A DNA stretch of 64,000 bases. Origin: an uncultured Prevotella sp. GTDB lineage: Bacteria > Bacteroidota > Bacteroidia > Bacteroidales > Bacteroidaceae. Location of the stretch: positions 1,467 through 65,466 of the forward strand of contig URJQ01000001.1 in the NCBI GenBank assembly GCA_900548195.1, in the 5' to 3' direction. Below the pieces are notes generated by a model. It searched no databases. It worked only from the letters and a program-made list of their open reading frames with translations, and was not told the DNA's origin. Every line of letters starts with the position of its first letter. The first letter of the stretch is position 1. Positions 29,480 through 38,332 of the stretch are shown here, in pieces. The translations under genes and the position numbers were made by a program.

Positions 29480-30580
29480 TTATGAGGCTGTTATTTCACC
29501 ATTTTTGACATAGAAAATCCTGTAATCAGAGTCGCTTTTCTCCAGTATTTGGGAAAGGTGATCGCGGTTGGTGTCCGTGATAAATATCTGTCCGAAGTTG
29601 TTGCCAGCCACCATGTTAACGATGTTTTCCACACGTTGAGCATCCAGTTTGTCGAAAATATCATCCAAAAGGAGCAGTGGGGTAGTGGCGCTGATGGTCT
29701 TTCGAAGGAAATCAAACTGTGCAAGTTTGAGCGAAATACTGTAAGTCTTGTTCTGTCCTTGGCTGCCTTCACGCTTGATTGGGAAGCCACCCAACAGCAT
29801 TTCGAGGTCATCGCGATGTATTCCGTGTAGAGAATATCCCACAGCGCGGTCTTTCATACGGTCGCGCTGTATCACTTCCAGCAACGGACCTCGTTGACAA
29901 TGAGAAACATATTCGAGAGTGACAGTCTCTTTTTCGCCGGAGATAGTGCGGTAAATACTCTGGAATACGGGTATGAAATCCTTGACAAAAGCGTCTCTTT
30001 TCTTGTAGATAGCTTCGCCATGGCGTGCCATCTCTTCCTCCCAAAGTTGCATTAGCATCAAGTCCGGCTCTTCTTCCATCTTCAGAAGGGCGTTGCGTTG
30101 CTGCAAAGCTTTGTTGTAAGCGTTGAGATCGTCTATATAAGTGCTGTCAAATTGTGCAATGACCATATCCAGGAAGCGCCTTCTCTCTTCGCTTCCGCCC
30201 TGTATAAGTATGGTGTCATTCGGTGAAACGATGATGAGTGGCACCAGACCGATATGCTCCGAGAGCCTTTTATACGCCTTTTTGTTGCGTTTAAACTGCT
30301 TTTTCACTCCCCTTTTCATGCCAGCATAGAGTTCTTCCAGCGTGCCATTGTCCGTCTCATAGTTGGCATTTATCATAAAGAAATCAGCCTCATGTCGAAT
30401 TACATTCGAGTCAATGTTGGTTGACATCGACTTGCAGAATGACATATAGTAGATAGCATCCAGCACATTAGTCTTGCCTTCACCATTACTTCCGATAAAG
30501 CAGTTCATCTTTGGGGAGAAAGAAAGGCTGGCATCAGCTATGTTCTTATAGTTGAGTATGGTGAGTTCTTTTAGTGTCAT
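29480..30580 (-). CDS. recF: DNA replication and repair protein RecF
   Basis: GSNGEGKTN Walker A, ERRRFLD, GIHRDDL, GSQGQ, LLLDDIFDKLD; TAACTTTG promoter at 30709-30716 (minus). Confidence 0.95.
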   Translation of the reverse strand: MTLKELTILNYKNIADASLSFSPKMNCFIGSNGEGKTNVLDAIYYMSFCKSMSTNIDSNVIRHEADFFMINANYETDNGTLEELYAGMKRGVKKQFKRNKKAYKRLSEHIGLVPLIIVSPNDTILIQGGSEERRRFLDMVIAQFDSTYIDDLNAYNKALQQRNALLKMEEEPDLMLMQLWEEEMARHGEAIYKKRDAFVKDFIPVFQSIYRTISGEKETVTLEYVSHCQRGPLLEVIQRDRMKDRAVGYSLHGIHRDDLEMLLGGFPIKREGSQGQNKTYSISLKLAQFDFLRKTISATTPLLLLDDIFDKLDAQRVENIVNMVAGNNFGQIFITDTNRDHLSQILEKSDSDYRIFYVKNGEITAS

Positions 30581-30849
30581 CGCTTGAAATAATGTCGTTG
30601 TATAATTGTTGCTATTTCCTATTTAGTAGGTGATCAGAATTATTTTTATAATTATCTATTCCTTATCAAAATATTTTTGATTACCTACTTAAAGTTGATT
30701 TTATAGTGCAAAGTTACACCTTTTTAATAGGAAAAACGAAAAAAGTACCCAATAAATTTCCCTATGTCATAGATTTTCTGTAATTTTGCGTCGCAAAAGT
30801 ATCTGCATACTCAAATCTATTAGAAATAATAAAAAAATAAAATACAAGA

Positions 30850-31545
30850 ATGGCAAATTCAAAAATCGAACAGGGTACTCCAACAATGGAGCAGACTCTC
30901 AACAAGCAGGAGGCGTTCTTCCTGAAGTACAAGAAGGCTATCGTAGTTGCAGTCGTAGCCGTTATCGTAATCATTGCAGGCTCTATCGCTTACAATACTT
31001 TCTATGCAGGTCCACGTGAGGACAAGGCTGCTACAGCAATGGCTAAGGCACAGGAACTCTTCGCTGCACAGCAGTATGAGCTTGCTCTTAAGGGTGACAA
31101 GTCTTTCGAGGGTTTCCTTCAGGTAGCATCAAACTACAGTGGTACTGACGCTGCAAACCTCGCAAATCTTTATGCTGGTCTTTGCTATGCAAACCTCGAC
31201 AAGTGGCAGGACGCTGTCAAGTATCTTGACCAGTTCTCTTCACAGGACGACGCTTTCATCAGCCCATCAGCAATGGCTGCTCTCGGTAATGCTTATGCTC
31301 ATACCAAGCAGATTGACAAGGCTGTTTCTTGCCTTAAGAAGGCTGCTGACATGGCAAACTCTGAGGCTAAGGATGGCGTAAACATCTCTGTAGCTCCTAC
31401 TTGCCTTATGCAGGCTGCTCGTCTTCTCGAAAGTCAGAATAAGAACGATGAGGCTCTCAGCATCTATAAGGAGATTAAGACTAAGTATGTGAAGTCTTAT
31501 TACTACTCTGAGATTGACAAGTACATCGAGCGTCTCACAAAGTAA
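30850..31545 (+). CDS. Membrane-anchored TPR protein (YfgM-like)
   Basis: Single N-terminal TM followed by TPR helices (YSGTDAANLANLYAGLCY); TAATTTTG at 30781-30788. Confidence 0.8.
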   Translation: MANSKIEQGTPTMEQTLNKQEAFFLKYKKAIVVAVVAVIVIIAGSIAYNTFYAGPREDKAATAMAKAQELFAAQQYELALKGDKSFEGFLQVASNYSGTDAANLANLYAGLCYANLDKWQDAVKYLDQFSSQDDAFISPSAMAALGNAYAHTKQIDKAVSCLKKAADMANSEAKDGVNISVAPTCLMQAARLLESQNKNDEALSIYKEIKTKYVKSYYYSEIDKYIERLTK

Positions 31546-31654
31546 TTAAATAAATTAGGTCGTAAAGTCTTGGGTATTATCGCTTATGATTGCTGTCCCT
31601 CGACTGGAAACCTATAGATAAACTACCGAATATAAAAACATATATTCAAATATC

Positions 31655-31727
31655 AAGTGGAGAATACACTGCTCTATCGCTCTTTATATGTAGGTGATAG
31701 TGGTGTATTCTTCACTTTTGCTTTTTT
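31655..31727 (+). terminator. Long stem-loop with T tract (probable intrinsic terminator)
   Basis: AAGTGGAGAATACACT ... GGTGTATTCTTCACTT followed by TTGCTTTTTT. Confidence 0.55.
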
Positions 31728-31804
31728 CTAAAGCGGTCTGAAAGCGTTCCTGTCAATAATAATAAGGTGGGGATTTTCACCGCAATCACAATTCAAACAT
31801 CATT

Positions 31805-32287
31805 ATGGACTTATCCGATTTACCTTCGCTTATCCAGCAGTTATCCACAAAAAAAGTACCTGATGCCAGCAATATGTGCTTTGGCATCGTAGTTTCAGAA
31901 AACAAAGCAGAGATTTCCGGCACCTTACTTAGTGGTTGTGTACGCACCCTTGAGAAGTACGGCACAATGCCAGAGAATATCCATGTCAAAACAGTTCCTG
32001 ACGCTTTTGAACTTGTCTATGGTGCAAACCAAATGACATTGACAGGCAATTACGATGCTGTAATCCTCCTTGGATGTATCGTTCGTGGAGAAACTGCACA
32101 GTTTGACGTACAGTGTCAGAGCATTGCTCACGGCATTTCAATCCTCAGTGCAAAGAAGGAGACACCGATTATCTTTGGTCTTCTTACCACAAATACTATC
32201 GAGCAGGCTCAGGAGCGTGCTGGTGGAAAGATTGGAAACCGTGGTAGTGAGTGTGCTATCGAAGCGATAAAGATGGCTAAGTTCTAA
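31805..32287 (+). CDS. ribH: 6,7-dimethyl-8-ribityllumazine synthase homologue with divergent active site
   Basis: FGIVVSE, VPxAFEL, LGCIVRGET, PIIFGLLTT, EQAQERAGG, GNRGSECA; several ligand residues substituted (see findings). Confidence 0.85.
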   Translation: MDLSDLPSLIQQLSTKKVPDASNMCFGIVVSENKAEISGTLLSGCVRTLEKYGTMPENIHVKTVPDAFELVYGANQMTLTGNYDAVILLGCIVRGETAQFDVQCQSIAHGISILSAKKETPIIFGLLTTNTIEQAQERAGGKIGNRGSECAIEAIKMAKF

Positions 32288-32306
32288 TAAATGGTCACCA
32301 TTTTAT

Positions 32307-32693
32307 ATGCAGTTACAAGATTATTTCAAGAGATTTACCTTCGATGAAGTCTTTGCAGAATTACAGTTGATGCTGGAGGATGCTGACAGTAACAAGGCTA
32401 CTTTCAGTCATGCTTACGAGATGATGCAGACCTTGGAGACTATTCCATCTAAGAAGGTGATACATTATCAGATAATAGATGATCCAGAGAGTGAGGAATA
32501 TTTCAGCGGTGCTCCTGACAGTTGTTTCAACACCACGTGGGAAGTAATCCTTGCAAAGGAGGTCATAGTGGATGAGGAATGTGAACTCTCCGACCTCGAA
32601 CTCGTCTCTAATGCCTTCATCTGCACTATCCTTATGGGCAGATGTCCACGCGCTTTCCTCCCAGAAAAGCGCCAGTTGCTTGGTGAGGCGTAA
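32307..32693 (+). CDS. Hypothetical acidic protein (128 aa)
   Basis: ATG 19 nt after the ribH stop, no overlap with other genes; no motif recognised. Confidence 0.6.
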   Translation: MQLQDYFKRFTFDEVFAELQLMLEDADSNKATFSHAYEMMQTLETIPSKKVIHYQIIDDPESEEYFSGAPDSCFNTTWEVILAKEVIVDEECELSDLELVSNAFICTILMGRCPRAFLPEKRQLLGEA

Positions 32694-32727
32694 AACTAAA
32701 ATACTCTTAGTCAAGCCCATTCGGCTC

Positions 32728-32819
32728 CCCCACTACGTGGGGTGATATAAACATCAATACAAAAAAATACGAGAAAACAAATAAAAATATCTTTGTTTGT
32801 TTTTATTTATTGATATTTT
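32728..32819. repeat. AT-rich inverted-repeat element copy B
   Basis: CCCCACTACGTGGGG hairpin, then TAAACATCAATA (32748) ... TATTGATATTTT (32819); 72 bp, same length as copy A. Confidence 0.7.
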
Positions 32820-32840
32820 TTGTCAATTTATAAGCACAAT

Positions 32841-32879
32841 AAAAAACTTGCAGACTAATATCAAGTCTGCAAGTTTTTT
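32841..32879. terminator. Bidirectional intrinsic terminator
   Basis: AAAAAACTTGCAGACT-loop-AGTCTGCAAGTTTTTT between convergent genes. Confidence 0.8.
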
Positions 32880-32890
32880 ATTTCATGCTG

Positions 32891-33436
32891 TTATGGTAAC
32901 TCCGGAGGAGTGTAAGTGGAGACGGAAGTTGCGCCCGTGCGGCTCACGATGAGTTGCACCAGCGTGAAATCCTCGTAGGATTCGTCAGGACTTCCAATGC
33001 CTACCACGAAGTACATATTGTCGGAATCGCATTTGTCGAATGCCATACTGAGCAGTACGCCGTGCTCTTTCATGTCGTTATTGAGGAGTCCGGTGAAACT
33101 ATTCTTTGTGAATGTGTCAGAGAAGAAGTCTGTGCCATCGCTACGCTTGATGGTGAGCTGGATGCGGTTGTCATAGTAAGTGACGTCATGATTTTCCACT
33201 AAAGGCAGTTCAGAGTCCTTTTCTCGCTCCACGATGTATGTGTAAGTGCTTCCACCTATCCATTTCACAGCATCGTTTTTTGTGCTATTTTGCATTGCGG
33301 TAGCGCTGTTTTTAGGCTTCTCTATCACTTTTTCCACAATGATTTCCTCATCCTGTTTTTTCTCTTTGCAGGATGTAATGACCATGGCACCCGTGGAGAG
33401 TGCCATGGCAGTCAATATGATATTCGTTATTTTCAT
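32891..33436 (-). CDS. Conserved lipoprotein (DUF4738-like)
   Basis: Lipobox ITSC; YYDNRIQLTIKRSDG, FTKNSF, VGIGSPD. Confidence 0.68.
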   Translation of the reverse strand: MKITNIILTAMALSTGAMVITSCKEKKQDEEIIVEKVIEKPKNSATAMQNSTKNDAVKWIGGSTYTYIVEREKDSELPLVENHDVTYYDNRIQLTIKRSDGTDFFSDTFTKNSFTGLLNNDMKEHGVLLSMAFDKCDSDNMYFVVGIGSPDESYEDFTLVQLIVSRTGATSVSTYTPPELP

Positions 33437-33513
33437 TCCGATCTGTGTTGGTGTGTCTATGTTGTAGTCCCCACCTTATTTATATATATGTGGGGAAAAA
33501 CATGGTGGCATCC

Positions 33514-35184
33514 TTAACTGAGTCCCACAATCTGACCATCAATGATGTCAATTTTCTTGGCCTGAGGCTCCTTAGGTAATCCAGGCATACGCATTATCTC
33601 GCCTGCAATGGCCACAATCATCTCGGCACCGGTATTGATTACGAAGTCGCGGATGGTGAATTCAAAGTCCTCCGGCACGCCATAGAGCTTCGGATTGTCC
33701 GAGAAGCTGTACTGTGTCTTGGCGATGCAGACAGGGTAATGGGAAATGCCGAGGTCTTCGATGCGCTGAAGTTTCTTCTTAGCGGCAGGGAGATAGATGA
33801 CGTTAGATGCGCCATAGATGTTCTTAGCCACTGCTTCCACCTTCTCTTTGATGGATTGATTGTCCTCATACATAAACTTAAGAGGCTGTGAAGGATTCTT
33901 TTCGATGGTGTCAACCACGAGTTGAGCCAATTCGATAGCACCGTTACCACCCTCGCAGAAAGCATTGTTTTCAGCGAAGCCAACGCCCAATTCATCGCAA
34001 TGCTTGCGCACAAGAGCCATCTCTTCGTCAGTGTCGAAAGCGTATCTATTGAAGCAAACCACTACAGTCTGACCGAATTTCTGAAGATTTCTGACGTGCT
34101 TGTCGAGGTTCTGGAATCCGCGTGTCAAGCCTTCAGCATTAGGCTTCTTTATCTCTGTCTCAGCTACTCCGCCGTGCATCTTCAGTCCCTGTGTCGTTGC
34201 TACGAGGACAGTGAGCTTAGGTTGCAGTCCGCTCTTACGGCATTTGATGTCCAAGAACTTCTCAGCACCGAGGTCAGCACCGAATCCTGCCTCTGTCACT
34301 ACGTAGTCGCCGAATGTCATTGCGGTGCGAGTAGCGATGGCAGTGTTACATCCGTGAGCGATATTAGCAAACGGACCACCATGCACGAATGCCGGAGTAT
34401 TCTCAGTAGTCTGCACAAGGTTTGGATTTATCGCATAGCGAAGGAGAGTGCATATACTTCCAGCAATGCCGAGATCCTTGACATAGAAAGGCTTGCCCTC
34501 GATGGTGAAGCCGAGCAATATATTCTCAATTCTGCGACGGAGGTCCTTCTGATCCTTAGCAAGACAGAGGATAGCCATGATTTCCGAAGCCGGAGTGATA
34601 TCAAATCCGCTCTCCATCACTACGCCATCAGTCTTTCTTCCCAGTCCGGTCACGATGCTTCTGAGGTTACGATCGTTGATGTCGAGCACTCTTTTCCAGA
34701 GTACTTCGCTCATTGCGAATCCGTCTTCACGATGCTGGTAGATGTGATTATCCAGCAGAGCGGTAATCATATTGTGTGCAGAAGTGATGGCATGGAAGTC
34801 ACCAGTGAAGTGAAGGTTGATTCTATCCATTGGCAATACCTGTGCATATCCACCACCAGCAGCACCACCTTTCATTCCGAAACATGGTCCGAGCGAAGGC
34901 TCGCGCAGCGCTACAATCGCATTTTTACCTATCTTGTTGAGTCCTAAAGCCAGTCCGATGCTGACAGTAGTCTTACCAATACCAGCCTTTGTAGGCGTGA
35001 TAGCCGTGACGAGAATGAGATTGCTCTTATCCACCTTTTCCTGGTCGATGGTCTTGCATGGGACCTTAGCAATGTACTTTCCGTACGGTTCAAGTAAATC
35101 TTCGCTGATACCTATTCTATCAGCCACTTCTTTGATAGGAACAAGTTTCGCTTCGCGAGCGATTTCGATGTCAGTTTTCATCAA
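33514..35184 (-). CDS. fhs: Formate-tetrahydrofolate ligase
   Basis: [60 protein letters not shown]. Confidence 0.96.
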   Translation of the reverse strand: MMKTDIEIAREAKLVPIKEVADRIGISEDLLEPYGKYIAKVPCKTIDQEKVDKSNLILVTAITPTKAGIGKTTVSIGLALGLNKIGKNAIVALREPSLGPCFGMKGGAAGGGYAQVLPMDRINLHFTGDFHAITSAHNMITALLDNHIYQHREDGFAMSEVLWKRVLDINDRNLRSIVTGLGRKTDGVVMESGFDITPASEIMAILCLAKDQKDLRRRIENILLGFTIEGKPFYVKDLGIAGSICTLLRYAINPNLVQTTENTPAFVHGGPFANIAHGCNTAIATRTAMTFGDYVVTEAGFGADLGAEKFLDIKCRKSGLQPKLTVLVATTQGLKMHGGVAETEIKKPNAEGLTRGFQNLDKHVRNLQKFGQTVVVCFNRYAFDTDEEMALVRKHCDELGVGFAENNAFCEGGNGAIELAQLVVDTIEKNPSQPLKFMYEDNQSIKEKVEAVAKNIYGASNVIYLPAAKKKLQRIEDLGISHYPVCIAKTQYSFSDNPKLYGVPEDFEFTIRDFVINTGAEMIVAIAGEIMRMPGLPKEPQAKKIDIIDGQIVGLS

Positions 35185-35359
35185 TTTTTAATGGGTTAAC
35201 GGAGGTAAATATCAAATTCAATGCAAAGTAAGCAAAAAAAAATCATATCATCAAAAAAAAGGTAATAAATGTTTTGCAAATTCAATAGTATTCATTATTT
35301 TTGCATTTGATTAGTTGTTTTTTTGAATTTTTTAACCGTAATAGGCATAAGACTATAAG

Positions 35360-37261
35360 ATGAGTACCCATGTTCCACATATCAGCGAGGAAGAGATTTG
35401 TCAGCGAGCAGAGGCAGTGTTCAGTGCAATGGAGGCACGCTCGACGCTTGAAGAGATGGATATGATGCGCAGAGCGTATCAATTGGCGCATGATGCCCAT
35501 GCCAATCAGAAGCGTAAGACTGGCGAGCCATACATCATTCATCCTATTGCCGTGGCTCTCATTGTGGCAGAAGAGATGAATCTTGGTGCGGCACCAGTGT
35601 GTGCAGCCTTCCTTCATGACGTGGTGGAGGATACTCCTTACACAGAAGACGACATCCGAGAGCGCTTTGGTGACGATGTCGCTTTCCTTGTCAGAGTGGT
35701 GACAAAGCAGAAGAAGGCACGTTATGATATGACGGCACAGTTGGATAATTTCAAGAAGATGCTTGACTCCATGCACTATGATGTGCGTGCCATCCTTATC
35801 AAGCTTGCCGACCGTCTGCATAATATGCGTACTCTTGACTCCATGCGCCCGGCAAAGCAGATGAAGATAGCAGGCGAGACGGACTATTTCTATGCTCCGC
35901 TTGCTAACAGATTGGGACTCTATAAGATTAAAATAGAGTTGGAAAATCTGTCTTTCCGCTATCGTTGTCCTCAGATATACAATAAGATAGTGAGCCTTAT
36001 CGAGAAGGATAAGGAGCAGGATAAGATACGTATGGCAAGCTTTGGAGCCAAGATTGACGAGGTGCTGACGGCTAATGGAATCCGCTTCCGCCGTGAGGTG
36101 GCTTACCGTGCGCCTTACAGTCTGTATCGTAAGATGAACTCACAGCAGGTGGATTTCGAGCATCTTGAGTGCCGACATTTCACTCGTATCGTATTCCCTG
36201 AGGACATATATGTATCTGAGAAGAATATGTGTCTCAACATATATTCCTACCTTACCAACTGTTTCCGTGAGCGTCTTGGCTCCATGATCAATTATATTGA
36301 CCAGCCGAAGCAGAATGGTTATCAGAGTTTCCACGTCAATCTGCTGTCTGATTACGGCATTTGGGAGGAGGTTCATATCTCCAGTGAGAGGATGATACGC
36401 TTGTCCCGACTCGGTTGTGTCGCCCAGCGTCGCGACAATGACATCAGCGGTTGGCTTGAGAATTTCCGCACTGTGCTACGTGATATCGCCGCCAATGCTC
36501 GTGGAGAGGGCAATGGTGAGACATTATTTATTGAGTCTGTCAGAGCACAGTTTTATAATGACGATATCACTTGCTACACTCCGCAGGGCCATGGCATACG
36601 TTTGCCAAAGAATTCCACAGCTCTTGACTTTGCTTTCAATGTGCATTCCCAGGTTGGTATGCACGCTAAATATGCGCGAATAAATGGTCGTCTGTCATCC
36701 ATCAAGACGGTGTTGCACCGTGGTGACTGCGTGGAGATAGGCACAGACCCAGATGTCTGGCCACAGAAGGATTGGCCAAAGCATGCGAAATCATATAAGG
36801 CATTGCGCCCTATCAATCAGTATCTTGACCGTTTGCCAAAACCTCAGTATGACCGTTGCCCGGTGTGTAATGCCATTCCTGGCGAAGAGGTGATTGGAAT
36901 AAAGCAACCTGGTGGTAGAATATGCGTGCATCGTCGTGATTGTCCTGATGCTATTGCCTTGTCGGCACGTGAAGGTGATAGGCTGGTAGCTGTGGATTAT
37001 CTTCCTAATGATCATGTGCTTTATCCTGTAAGCATCGTTATTCATGCCGTAGATAGACAGCATCTGCTGAATGATTTTACGGATGGCATATCCAATAAGT
37101 TCCGTCTTTCCATCAAAGAACTGCATACTGTCACCAAGGATGAGATAGTGACGAGTCGTTTTGAGTTCTCCGTTCACTCTTTTGATGAACTCCAGACTAT
37201 TGTCAACTCTATCCTCTCTGTTGAGGGTGTGGATGAGGTTTCTTTTGAGATATTGGGGTGA
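35360..37261 (+). CDS. Long RelA/SpoT homologue: intact HD hydrolase, degenerate synthetase, TGS, zinc finger and ACT domains
   Basis: GEPYIIHP, LHDVVEDT, IKLADRLHNMRTL; PKQNGYQSFH; TALDFAFNVHS (TGS); CPVC..PG..HRRDC; C-terminal ACT. Confidence 0.88.
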   Translation: MSTHVPHISEEEICQRAEAVFSAMEARSTLEEMDMMRRAYQLAHDAHANQKRKTGEPYIIHPIAVALIVAEEMNLGAAPVCAAFLHDVVEDTPYTEDDIRERFGDDVAFLVRVVTKQKKARYDMTAQLDNFKKMLDSMHYDVRAILIKLADRLHNMRTLDSMRPAKQMKIAGETDYFYAPLANRLGLYKIKIELENLSFRYRCPQIYNKIVSLIEKDKEQDKIRMASFGAKIDEVLTANGIRFRREVAYRAPYSLYRKMNSQQVDFEHLECRHFTRIVFPEDIYVSEKNMCLNIYSYLTNCFRERLGSMINYIDQPKQNGYQSFHVNLLSDYGIWEEVHISSERMIRLSRLGCVAQRRDNDISGWLENFRTVLRDIAANARGEGNGETLFIESVRAQFYNDDITCYTPQGHGIRLPKNSTALDFAFNVHSQVGMHAKYARINGRLSSIKTVLHRGDCVEIGTDPDVWPQKDWPKHAKSYKALRPINQYLDRLPKPQYDRCPVCNAIPGEEVIGIKQPGGRICVHRRDCPDAIALSAREGDRLVAVDYLPNDHVLYPVSIVIHAVDRQHLLNDFTDGISNKFRLSIKELHTVTKDEIVTSRFEFSVHSFDELQTIVNSILSVEGVDEVSFEILG

Positions 37262-37263
37262 AG

Positions 37264-37442
37264 TTAAATGAAGAATGAAGAATGAAGAATGAAGAATGAA
37301 GAATGGGAGTTACGTGTTTTAAATGAAGAATGATGAATGAAGAATGAGAGTTAGTCTTGTATACTTGAGAAACTCCACTAAGAACCTCAAAGCGGAGAAC
37401 GTAATCCGGATTCTTCATTCTTCATTCTACATTCTTCATTTT
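37264..37442. repeat. Heptamer-armed inverted-repeat element (MITE-like), copy 1
   Basis: TTAA(ATGAAGA)n arms, 59-bp core at 37348-37406, inverted (TCTTCAT)n arm containing the PHP stop codon. Confidence 0.85.
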
Positions 37443-38149
37443 TTATGAATGTACTCCAAGAACATCTCCGGCTTGTCATTGACAATGAGTTCTTCAGGGA
37501 ATTGTGACTCAGCAATGAGGGGTAGGGCGTATTCATAGTTGGCTACGTCGAATGAGATGTGGGCATCGCTACCGAGGATGATAGGGACATCGTATTTCCG
37601 GCAGAGGCGAAGAATCTCCATATTGTTGGCGTATGCCTCCTTCTTTTGTCGCACAGGCTTCAGTGAGGAGGAGTTTATTTCGAGTAGAGTCTGCGTGTCT
37701 CTTGCAGCGAGCACAATGGGTTCGAAGAGTAATTGGGCGGTACCGTCTCCTGGATGTGAGATGATGTCCGTCCATTTATTGTATATGGCTGCGAGCATAC
37801 CGTCGGTATTTTCGGTTATAGTGCCTGGCGAGTAGCATAGTTTGTGTATTCCTGCCACTCTTATATCCATCAGTTTGTAGAAGGATTCGTCGAGGTCGAG
37901 TGTTCCTTTTGTGTCGAGAATATTGAGCTCTGAACCCATCATGATTCTTACTCCGTACATCTCTCTTGGCACTACGTGCATATTTAGGAAATAGACGAAG
38001 GTGGGTCCTCCTGGCAGTGATGGAGCGTGATCAGTGATTCCGAGTATCTCCAGTCCTTTCTCTGACGCTGCTTTTGCCATCTCCTGGAGAGAAGAGAAAG
38101 CGTGACCTGAGGCTACTGTGTGGGTGTGGACGTCTAATTTTGGTGTCAT
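37436..38149 (-). CDS. PHP-domain phosphatase (YcdX-like)
   Basis: DVHTHTVASGHA, ITDHAP, GSELNI, ISHPG, EINSSS, GSDAH. Confidence 0.9.
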   Translation of the reverse strand: MTPKLDVHTHTVASGHAFSSLQEMAKAASEKGLEILGITDHAPSLPGGPTFVYFLNMHVVPREMYGVRIMMGSELNILDTKGTLDLDESFYKLMDIRVAGIHKLCYSPGTITENTDGMLAAIYNKWTDIISHPGDGTAQLLFEPIVLAARDTQTLLEINSSSLKPVRQKKEAYANNMEILRLCRKYDVPIILGSDAHISFDVANYEYALPLIAESQFPEELIVNDKPEMFLEYIHKK

Positions 38150-38152
38150 TAT

Positions 38153-38317
38153 TTTAAATGAAGAATATTCAAAATGAAGAATGTTTTAAATGAAGAATGT
38201 AGAATGAAGAATGAAGAATATGAGTTAGTCTTGTTTGCTTGAGAAACTCCACTAAGAACCTCAAAGCGAAGAACGTAATCTTTATTCTTCATTCTTCATT
38301 CTTCATTCTTCATTTAA
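38153..38317. repeat. Heptamer-armed inverted-repeat element, copy 2
   Basis: 34-bp near-perfect TIRs (38186-38219 / 38284-38317) ending in TTAA; core 38222-38280 is 56/59 identical to copy 1. Confidence 0.85.
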
Positions 38318-38332
38318 TGAGAATGATTTGCT

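Noticed and set aside
31546..31804. FMN riboswitch upstream of ribH
   Set aside because: The conserved RFN motifs (AGGGCGGGGTGAAATTCCC...) were not found.
31841..31849. Perfect DnaA box TTATCCACA near recF, suggesting oriC
   Set aside because: It lies within ribH coding sequence; other matches are scattered in CDSs and there is no intergenic cluster or dnaA.
33922..34947. 341-aa plus-strand ORF and the other short overlapping ORFs in the track
   Set aside because: Antisense or alternative-frame shadows of clear genes such as fhs; no independent signals.
37209..37418. 69-aa ORF with HSSFFIL repeats
   Set aside because: It is just the translated heptamer array; no evidence of expression.
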